Shown here in pieces: positions 14,555 to 29,630 of a stretch of 64,000 nt of DNA. The translations under genes and the position numbers were made by a program. The notes under the pieces are model-generated. The model was not told the DNA's origin. It was given only the letters and a program-made list of their open reading frames with translations, and searched no databases. The stretch's first letter is position 1. Each line of letters starts with the position of its first letter. This DNA is from the human T2T-CHM13v2.0 reference genome, Homo sapiens, in assembly GCF_009914755.1 (NCBI RefSeq), contig NC_060928.1; one strand, given 5' to 3'.

Positions 14555-14720
14555 ACAGCTGGCCCCATGCTTGGCTCCAGGAAGAATGTAATCCTTGACT
14601 CTAATGCAAAGAACTTTTAAAGGCTGAGGCATGTAAGTAGAACATATTTCATGGTCAAGAGTGTTCCACATTTCAAACATTTCAGTTCAGCTTTAAAAGC
14701 TCCCTTGAAAACTACTGATT
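14555..14720 (-). other. GASK1B: Candidate alternative non-coding first exon of GASK1B (5' end uncertain)
   Basis: Minus-strand donor 'agctgt|gtaagt' with GT at 14554-14553, lying between the promoter and the 13815 acceptor. Confidence 0.45.
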
Positions 14721-15083
14721 GCAAAGCAAAACTTGGAAACTGACTGCTGCATGGTTTTAAGAGATACAAAGCTTTTAAAAACAATAGTTAACAAAATAAA
14801 CTTTAATTTTAAATTCGGAAAAAAGAAATGCCGTAGAGAATCAGTTTTCATTCAAATAAATTTCCACTTATTTTTAACCCCTGGGAGCCCTCTAGTGTCC
14901 TGTTCGCAAACAGACTCAGAAATGTCAGTCTCATGAAGTTCAAAAGATCGAGAATGTTTGCTATCTTGGTGGAGCAGCCGCAGCCAAGCAAGTAACTTGT
15001 AAAATGAGGAATGCCATCACCCCTCGAGTGTCCATCCCACATAACTTGGGGTTAGAGCACAAGCGTTCCCAGGAACTACTCAC

Positions 15084-15205
15084 CTTACCATCTTGGCCGT
15101 TTCATTTGTCTTCCACCAGTTCTGGAAAGAGAAGGCCTAGAAGTTCAGAAAAAAAGGTAAGAAAGAGTTAATATAAATGAGGAGAAAAAATAGAACAGTG
15201 AGATA
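15084..15205 (-). other. GASK1B: Candidate non-coding exon 1 of GASK1B
   Basis: Tandem minus-strand donors 'atg|gtaagg' (exon end 15089) and 'aag|gtgagt' (exon end 15084); starts ~30 nt downstream of a TATA box. Confidence 0.55.
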
Positions 15206-15335
15206 AGAGTACACACAGATAAGGAAAGACATTTATAGTGTGCAATTGCACGGTGCAACAGTTCACAAAAGGAAGTCGTGGATTCTCTCTGATTGGAGGT
15301 TTTTTGAAAAAACAGGTTAGGGATTGGCCTGGGTG
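15195..15335 (-). promoter_or_regulatory. GASK1B core promoter (TATA, two CCAAT, two GATA sites)
   Basis: Minus-strand TATAAAT at 15237-15231; CCAAT (plus-strand attgg) at ~15292-15296 and ~15323-15327; AGATAAG at 15201-15207 and 15217-15223. Confidence 0.6.
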
Positions 15336-17739
15336 GTTTGCGTGTCCTAGCACAAAGGCAGGGGCTGATGACCTTGGGGTGTCAATTAGACTATGGCAAA
15401 TAGAATCAAAAGGCAAGAAGACAGAAAGGGGACAGGGATTTTTCCTCCCCACAGAGAAAGAAAGTTGTGATACTGAAGAGTGGGTAAAAGATTAGCATAT
15501 GGTGTATAATCCTAAAAATACTATATTTTACAATGCAAAAAGAGCAAGGAGTTGGAATATATAGGGAAGGAGAGAATAAACGTCCAAGTGGTAAATTGAC
15601 AAAAATTATAATCGGGCTGTTATTTCAGCACTCTAAACTCAGTCCTTTTTTCCTCTTTAAAAGTCCTGCCACATGGAGGAATGAGAAGGAGCAATCCCAA
15701 TATTGACAGTAGCCTGGAAGTACCTGGATATTTTGGCTAAACTTTGTGAGAATTCAGGCATCAAAACAATTTTATCTGCACTCAAAAACTCTTAGGCACA
15801 CACTTCCATACACACAGAATTATTTTCTTGATAGAAAATGTGAACTTCTCGCAAGGAAACCATACCAAAGCTGCATTTTATAACCATCTTATTATTTCCA
15901 CAGTCAAAGGAATAACTGACCTGGCTCTATAACAATTAAAAGTAAGCCTTTGGCAGAGGCCAGTTATAATAAGCAGACATCTCCTCTAGCTGTTTTTAGA
16001 GCTATTTTTTTCATGGAGAAATGCCTACGAGATAGGGAGAGTTGTGTGAGTTAGTAAATTTCGTTGACTACCTTCCCACCCCCACTCCAAAAATGTCTCC
16101 TAGAAAAAGAACAATACACTGTCCCCTGCTATAGCCACAATAGGGATTCGTGGAGGCTACACTATCTACTCTGAACTATGATATTCAGAGAATGGGCTGA
16201 AGAGGGAGGCAGACTGGCTTTAAATTCTCCTCATTTACCTCTTACGTGTGGTCCCCTGTGGCAAGTAATCTTACCTCTCTAAGCCTCAGTTTCCCCCATG
16301 TGTAAGAAAAGAAAAATAATAGCACTTACCCTATCGGTTTCTTCTGATGACTGAATGAGATAGCAGCCTTGGAATGATCATTTGAAATATTCAGCAATGT
16401 GTTTGTTTTTATCCCCCATGATGCCTCATTAAACTGCTCAGAGGCCTCTCTCCTCAGCCCAGGCCTTGACAGATAGTCACCACTGCACCACAGCAAAGCA
16501 ATCATGGTAGAATTGAGGACAAGCACACTGAATTATTTGTAGCCAACATATTGATATAGCCAATACAGTGGATAAATGGGGCTTGTCAGATATAATCAGA
16601 GCACAATTTTAGTGATTCCCCCCACTGCCCATTGAAACCTGTTCTGTGGCCTGATATCTCTTTTCAACTTTCTTAAATGGAAACTCAGGCAGTCCCCATG
16701 ACTTTTCCAGTCATACTTAAATTTTTGTAAAAGTTCTCCAGTTGTTAGCCATAGACATACAGACACATAATACACATAAACTAATTAATATGTTTGATTC
16801 TATATCACAGTCAATTTTTTTAAAAATTTCTTTTAAATTCCCAGAATTTCTCCAGAAGATAGCAGTCCCTCAAAAAGCATAGCCAAAATCTACTGAAAAG
16901 GGACAGAGGAGACCCATCTTACATTCTTTTTTGTTCCTGCCTAGAGCTCTTATTCCTTAGCCACTCACCCAGCCGCTCACCCCACTTTGAGCCTGGCTCT
17001 GGCTGTTCCAAGGTAGTGGAGAGAGAGAAGCAATAATAGCAGAAATGGCCTTGCTACTCCATTGATACTGCTGCAAATTGACTTATAAGCTCTCCAGGTT
17101 TGGCAGGTGTGTAAAGCTGACTCTGAGATAGTTAATTCAAAGACACCACTATCAAAGCATCTCTCTAGCTGGCTGTTGATGGCCCCTTAGTCCCTTGGAA
17201 CTTGGTAGCCCCCTGTTCTGTTGAGATCACCTCATCTCTCCAGGCTGTTCTCTTAGGCAGCATTTAAGCTGACCTGCAGGCTGGTTTTCTAACTTGGGCC
17301 TCTGTGTACTGCCCCACAAGTGATCCAGTGGACATGGTCACCATCATTTGCTCCAGCAACCTCAGACTTCCCAATGCAGCAACCCACCTCCCTTAGCACT
17401 GCGGATCCATATCTCATTTTCGAATGTGGAAGCAATTGCCATCAATTGCTCATGGTCTCTGTTGAAACTGAATGGAAAGGTGTTTTTTGCCATCAGGTAG
17501 CATGGGAAACAGAGAAGTTTAATTTAGTTTTAGAAAAATAAGGCTAAATTCCTTGAACAAGCGTTAGCTTGAAAATTTGTTGCCACAATATAACATTCGT
17601 GTATAACTTACAATATAATCTGTGAGTGAACATATAGAACTCAAAGTATTCATTATTATTAATATTATTAGATCAGAGAGACAAATAATTCTCATGCCTA
17701 AAGTACTTTCTCTTCTTAAAAAACAATGAGAGAAATAAA

Positions 17740-17990
17740 GTGAAAAAGTAGACAGTAAGATAATGGTAGGGACCATCGGAATTACCTGGGGACTTTTTAT
17801 ATCTTTATGGAGGGGCAAGGATGGTGATGGAGAAAAAACATGAGCAAAGCAGGATTGTGGGAATGTTCTGTTTCTTCATTTAGATGGGATTTACCTAAGT
17901 ATGTTTATTTTGGGATAACACATTGACTATACATTTGTGATTTCTGTACTTTTCCATATTTATATATATCTTATCCTTCAATCAAATTGG
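17740..17990 (+). mobile_element. Old L1 (L1ME/MC-type) 3' fragment
   Basis: 'gggaatgttctgtttcttcatttagatggg...tacatttgtgatttctgtacttttccatatttatatata' resembles the L1ME 3' end. Confidence 0.5.
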
Positions 17991-20900
17991 AAAAGGTGGT
18001 ACATAAATAGCTATTTATTTTATATTCTTTATACCTTGTATATATGTTATAAATCTACATAGGAGAGTAGAACAAATAATTTGTTTACAATAAAAAACGC
18101 ATATTACTTCAGTCATTTAAAAATTAAGTTTAAATATTAAAGAACAGTAAAATCCCTGAAAATTTTAAAAATATATGAGTGTCTAGACCCCATCCATCTT
18201 CCCAGAGATTCTAAATGATCTAAAGTAGGGCCCAGGAATCCACAGTTTTAAAAGCTTCTAATGTGCAGAGTTATAATTCACTGTACTATGAGTTAAATAC
18301 TTAGTTCTAGGAGCAAGTTAACACCTTTTTACAATTAAATGATGTCTTAGGTTTCACTGGCAATGAAGTAATCCGTAAATCCTTCAAGGCTTCCAATAGT
18401 AAGATCCTAGTTTGGTAAAGGCTATTTGCCTTCAGTCTGGGACAACTCCTGGACCAGATTAGATAGTGAATCGGGCCTCATTCTTCCACCCACAGCACTC
18501 TCATTTCCCCCATTCCTGTCAGGTGTGTCACTTGCTGTGACTGTGTGGCAGCTTGCCCATCTCCTGAGAGCCCTTGGGAAAGTGAAGGACAATATATAAG
18601 GACTCCAATCACTTAAAAGCTAAGTATTAAGTTTTTCCTTGCCACTGCTGACCCAGGTTTGTTGCATAGATTGCAGACCTGGAGATGGATACCTTGTTCT
18701 TGGTTCAGTGCTGCACAGACTCCTCCACTGGGGGACCCTATCCCTTGCTCCTCATAGTCCTGATTTCTAGGACCCATAACCCTATTATAATTAAAATCCC
18801 AGCATTAGCATAGGTTCCTGGCTACAACCTTTGTCCTACTTATTGTATGGAATTTGCTAATACCTTTGCTATCCATTCCAACACCAGGCCTGGACAGCAC
18901 CAAGCTGCCCTGCCTGCAGCTGAAAAACTTTTAACTTAATAGTCTTTGAAGTTTTGTCATAGAAGTGTTAAATAGTACTCTATACTGTATCTGTCTTTTG
19001 AACTGTATGTAAAAGAAGTTACATTGAATATATTTTATAGAAATATGTGCACTTTTTATCTGGCACTTTATTGCTCACCCCTAAGGACATCATTCCTGTT
19101 GACCTAAACTAGTACATCTATTTGCAGTAGGAAAAGTGCTTTTGGAGAAAATCACCTGTCTCCTCAGAACTGGTCTTACAAGTCTGTGAAGTAACACTAT
19201 GTGCCAGCCTAATCACTCATATATGACCTCAAGAGAACACCAAATAAGCATATTTCCAGCAGGTAAAATGCCTGGCATTGCATTGTATTAGGTATTCTCT
19301 CCTCTGTCTACTATTATAACTTGCACCTTCCTCCAATTTCCTGGTATGGAAATCTCCTGCAATAATCCATTTGCCTCATTTCCCTAGGAACATTTGTTCC
19401 ATTATTTGATGTTGTGTCTGTGTTAGAATGGTCCTGCCACATGACCAGAAGCTGGGCAATGTCTGCATGAACATACCATGATATGGTAAAGAGATAAAAT
19501 GTACGACAGCCAATTTTGCATATATTTGAAATGATAGACATGTATAAAATTATTATTTCACTTCTTAATAATTAGATAATTTATGCAGATTAGAATAATT
19601 TGCATTTTTTTATAGTTCTAAAACCTGATAATTCATAGAGTTATCATGGAATAAAGTAAGAATTAGGAAAATTGGAGGTTGCCCTGGGTTTCTTCAAAAA
19701 GCCCCCACACAATCTAGACAACTAAGCTTCTCTATTTCAGAAATGGGCACTCAATGTCTCGATACTCTGCTCCATCTCTGTCCCCAGGGCACACACACAA
19801 AGGAGAAACCAGGACAGACACACTGGCTCTAGGTCATTCTTGGCATAGAACAACCTACGCAGCAGTAGTTTTCTGTGTTTGTAAAGGAGTAAAGATTGGA
19901 TAAAACTGCTCAACCCTTGGGCTCCTTGCAGGAAACTAGCGGAGACCAACAAATTATTTTTTTCTCTCCTCACCTAAAGTATAGTTTATGTAAAAGAAAA
20001 AATTCTACAGAGTACATTTAAAGGAAGGGAAGGCCCCTGGCTTCACCAGATTAAATCTGGAATGTTAGAAATGCATTGGGATTATAAACAAACACCTTAA
20101 AGTGCAGGAGAAAATGTAGAGAGAAATTTGGAATCCTTTATTCATCTGTATCTGGTAGTTTTGCAACTGAGTTGGATCACCTACTATGATTCAGACATAT
20201 ATAGCATATCTGATACAATGTTGGGGTATGTAACTACATACACAAGTTTCAAGAATTGATAGCAAAACTGGATTGGAAAAGACAGACTGGGTTAATGTTA
20301 CATACCCTACCCATTCACCCACGCCCACCTCCCCAATACTATGGATTCAAGCACCAGAAAAGAAGAACTACAGGAAGGCACTGATGGAGATATTTTCATA
20401 CATTATTCTGTGCAATATCAAAGCATCAGCAGCCATTGGCTTGCAAGGTGAGGAAATATGATGCAGGGTCAGGGAGCATCTCATCCTCTCCATCACCTCT
20501 CCGGTATTGCAACTTCTGGAGCACAGGTGGGTAGCTCCCATGGTGTGTACTTCATGGTTACCATAGAAAGCAGCAACAGCAGCAGGTGCAGCAGTAAGTT
20601 ACCCATAAGTAGCTGCACAGAGAGAAGACATCCATGGGAGAGGCTTGTGTGTGGTAACCAGAACTGCCTGGGTTATAAGTATATGAACTACAAGACTAGG
20701 CATCCCTAAGACACAATAAGTGCTTTTTGGAGCAGTGCTGGAGTTCTTGTTCTACACAGGAGAGGGTAAAAGTCAGTGCAGTTCAAGTCACTCCTGCCAA
20801 AGAATGCTTGGTAGCCATGGGCTAGTGAGACCTGGAGAAATGCACATTGCACAACAGTTTAAAATGTATTGAAGACCTACTCAATGCTTGTCACTAAAGC

Positions 20901-21009
20901 TGGATTCTGTGGGGAGTATGCAATGTCTAAGGCACTGCCTGGACATTAACTGAATGAACAAATGCATGAATGAATGAACATATTAAGATGGTAAAACACA
21001 TCCCAAGGC

Positions 21010-21175
21010 CAGTGGTTCTCAAAGTGTGGCCCTGAACCAGCAGCATCAGCTTCACCTAGAAATTTGTTAGAAATGAAAATCCTCAAAACCCACCGGAGAC
21101 TTATGGAATCGGAAACTGGAGGACAGTCTTGTTTCAATACAGATATTGAAACAAGCCCTCCAGGTGACTGCCCTA
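21010..21175. mobile_element. MER5A hAT-Charlie DNA transposon
   Basis: 'cagtggttctcaaagtgtggccctgaaccagcagcatcagcttcacctagaaatttgttagaaatg...gaatcggaaactgg...aacaagccctccaggtga'. Confidence 0.8.
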
Positions 21176-23699
21176 GTGAGAAGCCCCAAAAAGAATGGGG
21201 CAGGCCAGGAGGAAGACAGAAAGATGCCAAAAGAAGAAGGACAGAAAAGCAAAAAGTTGGGAGGTGATTCAAAACAATATTTGCAGTTTATTTAAGGTCG
21301 TTCTATTCCTTTTGCCGTCTTTATGAGAGTTCCATTTCCTTCCTGATATTTTACCCTTTGGATCAAAAACACAGAATGTGTTAACATCACATACCCTGCC
21401 CAGCCACCCACTCTCACCTACTCAGCTCTATAGATTCAAGCCCCTTCTCAAAGCAAGTTCACAGCATGTAGAAACCGGAAAAAGAAGGAATTTGAGAGAG
21501 ACTACAGCTCACAGCCCATGGAATGAAAACCAGGAGCACCCATGGCTGGGTGTGGAGGGACTGCCTAAGGAAAAACACCAGAGAAAAATCAATCCTCAAC
21601 AGCCCATCACCAGTTATGAATCCATAAAGACTCCTTTTATAGTAAAATCACACTGTTTTCCAAAAGGCAGTCATCGGGTTCCCATGGTCATGTAACCTGT
21701 AGCATAGCCAAAAATTATAAGCCTAAAAGCTTTTGGTTAGAAGCTTGGAATGGGTTCCGAAATAAAAAGATGAAAAGATACCAAGGAGTATAACACAGGA
21801 AAAAAAAATTGAATATTTTTATAAGAATGAACATGTCGTTCTCTAAATATAACACACTCCAATTATTTTTCCACAGGAAATGACCAGTGCTTTGGTTAAG
21901 AATGCACATTATACTGCAGTTCTTTGGGGAATGAAGCCACCCTTGACTGAGGTAATCATCAGTTCAAAGGCAACTCCTTGTTTTATCTTTGCACTAATTG
22001 CTTAGAGAAATAACCAGACAATATAATTTATGACAACAAATCTGCATTTAACTGAGTTAACGAATTTGTAAACAAAAAGATTCCTATCTCAGGTAGGTGC
22101 TTTTGGCAAGATATTTAATTTTGCCCAGTTTCCTCATCTGAAAAGCTAAGAGTATTATATCTAGTACACAGAACGGTTCTAATAATTAAATTGGATGCTA
22201 TATGTAAAGCACTTAGCACAGTGCTCAATATACTGTAAGATGTAATTGCTCATTCATTATTTTCTCTTTTCTTGCAAGGATGATACTAATGGCTAGGCAC
22301 TCTCTAAAGAGATGTAAGACACTGTTGGTAAGACTCCTTGATCAACACGTGATTTCAGGTTCAAGAAAAAGTTGTATTATTAAGTTACTAATGCAGCAAA
22401 TTATCCAGAATTTGCTTCACTATCTTCTTTTATACTTAACAAAAGACTTAAAATATAATCAGGACTGTAGTCTGCATGCTACTTTGGATTCAAATCTTTG
22501 GCAATTTTTGCCTTTGAAATTTAGAACTAGTCTATGGTAACCTATATGAGGCTATAATGAGGTAAGTCATGGCAATGTAATTGAAATGCGGGGTATCATA
22601 ATTGAATACTTGTTTTACCTTTCTTAATAATGGCATCAATCTCATAGAGCTGGTGTGAGGATTAGATGAATTAATACATGCAAGCCCTTACCATGCCAAA
22701 AAAAAAAAAGTCAGCTTTGTCATTATCAGGTGGGGAAAGACAGACCTTAGAAATATTCATTTATCATGGTCAAAAGGAGATTCAGAGTTGGTCATGCCCA
22801 TTTATACTTTGATCAAGGGAGAGGTCACCCAATTATTGAATGGATTTAGTCAGTTCTCCTGGCAGGTATCTCCTTATTATGGAGAAACCTGTAATCGCTT
22901 ATTAGAGACCGAAGTATTTGTTGTCATATCTTTAGACTCCTCTATTATTCAATTTTTTTCATTTAAAATATTTTTGGAGCAACTATCATGTGAGAGACAT
23001 TGTGAAAACACTTTGGAAGTAGCAGTTAAAATGATATACAATGGCCTAGCAGTCAAGGGACTTATAGGATCCTACCTTCTAGGCTGGACTCCCTTCTCAA
23101 AATTTCATTTCTATCCTGTTCTCCACCTTCTTCCTCATCTGCCACCCTGAGAACCTGCCCAAACCAAACAGAAATGTCTAGTTTCAGGTCTCAATTCTTC
23201 CCATTCTATCTGTCTCAATATAATTAAGTAGACCATGCCTACTTACCTTAAATATGTCAATTCTAATCATGCTAAATTTGTCTACCAAGTGACAGTATTG
23301 GACTGCTTTGGGTAGTTTTATAGATAATTCATTTTCATTGATAAATAATTCACCTACCAATCTGTCATAAGTTTCAAACTGAACCAAAGCTTATTTTCAC
23401 TTATTCAATTATTGAATCATGGAAAAAAAGACATTCTTCTTTTCGTTAAATAAGAAAAAATGCTTTACAATTAATTGAATTTCAGCTAACAGGTGGATAG
23501 ATTTCTTTCTAAAATATATAGCTTTGTAAAATAAAAAAGTTTAATAAGTTGAGTTTGGAATTTCTGCAGCCAAAGCATATAAGTGTCTGAGAGGCTTGGT
23601 GAACATAAGTTCATCACGAAACATTTTTACTTCTTTTCAAGTTTTCCACAGAGAGCACAATTCAAAATTAAAATGTATAACTTTCTGTTTCAAGCAGTA

Positions 23700-24960
23700 T
23701 ATATTGTCAGGCTGGAAACTCTCAAAGGCCATCTTACCTAAAACCTAGACCCAGAATAAATAAGGAAAAAATGCATATAATCCATTGTTTACAAATTTCC
23801 TAAAAATGAAAGATTCTGAAATTTAAAACTTCCATAAATGACATCAAGGTATCTGCGGTTAATATTAGAAATCACAAGCATACAAAGAAAAAAAAAACAC
23901 AAAGAGAGAGAGAATTTTTGGAATTATTTGAATCCAAACATAAATATAGATAGATAAATATAAACTGTTTAAAGGAAGACAAAGGGAACATGCAACAAAA
24001 GGTTTTAAAAATGATTGGGTACACATTAAAAAGAAATCTTAAAATAACATTTAGAAATGATAAAACTGTTCAAATTAAAATTCACTGGATAAAATGTTGG
24101 GCCCTGGAGTCAACAGTGTAGCTTACATTTAACTAAACCTCCTACCAAAAATAAGTTTAAAAATTGGAAAAATATATATATATAAACAATCTTCTGAAGG
24201 CATTGGAGAGCCAGTGCAAGTAATATTGAGCAGCTAAAATCCTTGAGAAAGGGAAGCACACAAGATGTATTCAACATTCACCTCGGAATTTTCCTGGGGG
24301 CATTTTCCAAGTTGTGGTGAAGGCGAAAAGAGCCCAAGAAGAAAGCAGGAGTTTCACACGTCAGAGGAGACAAAGTCTGGCGTTTCAGGACGCCAAAGGA
24401 GCTGTGATTTGAGGAGCAAACTATTGAAAAAGACAGGAAGCTAAGAGAGTGTCCCCAAATCTGCATCCTAATTTCCCTCAAATTGTGGGTAAATTTCTGA
24501 CTTGTGCATGTACAAGGCAAGCCTTCAAGATATGTAGTGGGAAACAGCAAACAGAAAGCTTGAATGCTGAGCAGAGATTTCAGCAGCTGAATGGCACTGA
24601 GGAGTTAGAGATTAGAATTAAATCCAGAGGGAGCGTGCTAAACCTAGGTCCAGGACTTGGGCAAAGCTACTTTCTAAGATTAATGGTCACATCCTGTAAG
24701 TAGCAAATTAAAAAGGTCAAGTATAACAAAGCTTAAAACTAAGTCTCAACTGGATCAAAGTCATTCACTGAAGTGCTTTATAACTAAAAAATAAAAACAG
24801 CACTTTCGTGGGAACATCATATAGAGAATGTACAGTATGCTATCTATATTCTGAAAACCGACTGAAAATTATAAAACATGTCAAAAATAACAACAGCAAA
24901 TGACCAACACAGAGGGAAAAGGGGGGAAATTTAGAAATAAATTAAAAAAAAAAAAAAAAA
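23700..24960 (+). mobile_element. Degenerate old L1 (5'/ORF1-like region)
   Basis: A-rich purine-biased plus strand with L1M-like segments such as 'aaattataaaacatgtcaaaaataacaacagcaaatgacc'; boundaries approximate. Confidence 0.45.
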
Positions 24961-26479
24961 ACCCAGGCTCCATCCTTCAGGAACTCGAGAAGACCTGAAC
25001 GCAGCTGCTGTCACTGCAGTCTGAGCCTAAGCCTGACGCATCAACTCTGCGTCACTTCCTGTGCCTGCACGCACGCTCCGACTGCGTGCCCGATTTCCGG
25101 GCTCTGTGCTACTGGAGCGCCTGGCTCTTGCAGCTCTCGAGCCTGGGAAGTCGCCTCTATCCAAAGGCCTTTTTTCTGTGCTGTCTGCGCAAGCTGCCTT
25201 CTCCCTGCCTGCCCACGGGAGCATGACCAAGGTGGTAGGCTGCCAGTGGCCATCTCCATAAAGGCAACTGAAAGTTTCATACTGGAAGCTCTTTGGCTGG
25301 CACTCCCACAGTTCTATGAAATAAACTTACTTAAAGCTCTATGAAGTATGAAAACTTTGCCCTGCTCTTTGACTTGCACAAATTTTGTTTGTATGGTACA
25401 TTAGAAGAGAGAAAAGGACGGCTTGCGATGGCATTATTAACTAATGGAGCACTGCAATTTTTACCAGGAGATGAGCTATGCTTAGAAGACTCAGACTTTT
25501 TAGAAAATCATTTCTCCACTTAAAAAAAAAATTGAAGGAAGGCAAGAAATTTCACAACATAGTGATAAACAGTCACCATCTTTATAGTATCCATATAACT
25601 ATTCAAAAATAAAACATTTTTCCTAAGACCTATATGGTAAGTCAGTAGATAAGAGGCTTTTGTAAAATGCTACTTATTGGTAAGCTGACTTATATGAAGT
25701 AGTCCTAATGAATAATGAGGGTTGACTAGTCTTGTTTGAAACCGTGCCTGTGAAAGTTATAGCAGTCTTATTTAAAGTGTATTATGGTGCTCTCTTGCTT
25801 AATTGAATCTTTAACATTGTAGTATGCCACAACTGTAAAGTATTAATGATATTATTACCAAAACAAGAAAAAATTATTTTATTATGTCAAGAGTTTAAAT
25901 AAGATGTTCTGCTGCCATTGTTCTAACTGTCCAGTGTATTAACACTCCTTGATGTGCTTAGAAGGTGGATCCATGAATTCCTTAGACTTTCTGCCAGAAT
26001 TAAAAAGTGTCTAATTAAATGGTGAACAGTAAGTAGACTGAGGCAAATTTCCAGTGATGTTGTCATTTTTTTTTTTTTTGCTATGCCTTTAGCTTGAGGA
26101 TTACAACACAATTCTATTTAAAACCAAATGGCATTAGTTCTTATCTATTCCCCAGATTGAAAATCTATTTTAAGTCAATATTTTAAAGAAATATGAAGCC
26201 ATAACAAAAGCTACCATTATTTTTGCTCTGAAGTGCTAGTTAATGAATGCAAAGAAGATAGATTTAGAACTATTCATCATTTAATGTTTAATGAAATTTA
26301 TTTTCAGTATATTTTATATGGGTTTTTTTACCTCCTCTAAAGAGGAATAATGTTTATTGATTAAAAGTGAAAAATAATGGTTTAGACACCAATTCTTTTT
26401 CAAGATCTTTGACTATATTACGCATTGTACAATGGATTTTATTCTTCATGAAATTTTTTAGTTTCCCTACTGGTAAGAT

Positions 26480-27600
<1,121 letters not shown>

Positions 27601-28094
27601 ATTTTATAAGAAGCAAGCAATATAAGGTTTGGATAATTGAGGTTTCATTGTATTTTTATGGAATATTAGAACTGGAAGAGACCTAAGAGATAAACTAAAT
27701 ATAACCCACTGATTTTATAGAAGCAGCAGCTTGAGGGGCCTACCAGTAAATAACTTGAGAGTCAGACAGAATCAGAACTCTTAAATTCAAATTAAGTGAT
27801 ATTTTCACTATACAAGACTTTCTCTCCTATTTAATTTTCTTAAATTAAATCAACAGCTTTCTCAGAAGATATAGAGCATTCTATCATTTTAAATATAGAT
27901 TTTCCTAAACTACTTTTTAAATCTTTCTTGTTGACTTTCATAATGTCAGGCATATTGATAGTGAGAAAGAGTAATGTTAGTCACTTGTTCAAGGTCACAT
28001 GTTAGAGGCAGATGAGGGACTAAAATTCAGGTCTCTGAGCTTTCAAGTGCGGAGTGTTTTCCACATGTATTTTTTTTTTTTAGATGGCATTTGA

Positions 28095-28492
<398 letters not shown>

Positions 28493-29072
28493 ATCCATAC
28501 AATTTCTAATCCAATTCTCTGTATTATGTGAAAGGGGAGTGGAGGAGTACAGGAGAGAATGGAGAAAGCAACTATGATTTGATAGCAAACTTATACCTTT
28601 TGTCTACCTAACATTTTTTCCTCATTTCTTCTAGTAATAGACCCCATCACTGTCCTGGATGTAAGAATGAATACATGGCTAAGCTATGGCAAAAACAGTA
28701 TATCTCCTTGTTAGGACAGCAATTGGCCCACAGTTGAGAACTTTACTCAAGGTGGGAATATTAGCCTTCTTCCAGGACTTTTACATTGAGAACATTTAAT
28801 CTCTAGTCATGAAGCAATGAGTTTATGATCCCAGGAAGAGGGATGGTGCACATCATTTCAGCCAGCTTGAGAAAATGAAGTCACTGTTTAGAAAGATTCA
28901 CAGGAGGAGAAGGAAGAGAATAATACAGATTAGAGCCTCTAGTTCGATGTTCCATCATCCCTGTCCTTACCATAATTAATGTGCCAATAAATTTACCCTT
29001 TTGCCTAATAAGCTCAAATTGAGTTTTAATCACTTTCATTTCAAAGATTTTTTATTGATGCAGAGATTTGTA

Positions 29073-29495
29073 CAGATGGTCCCCAAGTTATGGCTCAACT
29101 TACAATTTTTCAACTTTACAGTGATGCAAAAGCTACATGCATTCAATAGAAACCACACTTTGATCTTTTCCAAGGCTATAGATATGAGATGATAATCTCC
29201 CGTGATGCTGGGCGGCAGTAGTGAGCCACAGCTCCAAGTCATGTGACCATGAGGACTGAAAAATGATACTGTACTCTATCATGTACTATACACAATAAAT
29301 TACATGATATATTCAACACTTTATTATATAATAATCTTAGGGTTAGATGATTTTGCCTGACCATAGGCTAATGTAAGTTTTCTGAGCATATTTAAAGTAG
29401 GGTAGGCTAAGCTATGATATTTGGTAGGCTAGGTGTATTAAATGCATTTTCAATTTAGAATATTATGAATATATAATGGATTTATCAAAGAGGTA
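29073..29495. mobile_element. MER47-type TcMar-Tigger DNA transposon
   Basis: 'cagatggtccccaagttatggctcaacttacaatttttcaactttacagtgatgcaaaagc' and 'gtaggctaagctatgatatttggtaggctaggtgtattaaatgcattttcaa' match recalled MER47 ends. Confidence 0.7.
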
Positions 29496-29630
29496 AGTCT
29501 AGGAGTATTTATACTTAGAACTGAAATCTTGTCAATTACAGACTTTAAAATGTGGAACTTGCTGAAACAAGATGGCATAGGAACAATGCAAATCACTCCA
29601 TCCCCATCTGGGGGTACAATGTGCCTGTTA

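Noticed and set aside
20570-20600. CAG-rich stretch agcagcaacagcagcaggtgcagcag
   Set aside because: Short and interrupted, with no coding context; probably part of an old LTR.
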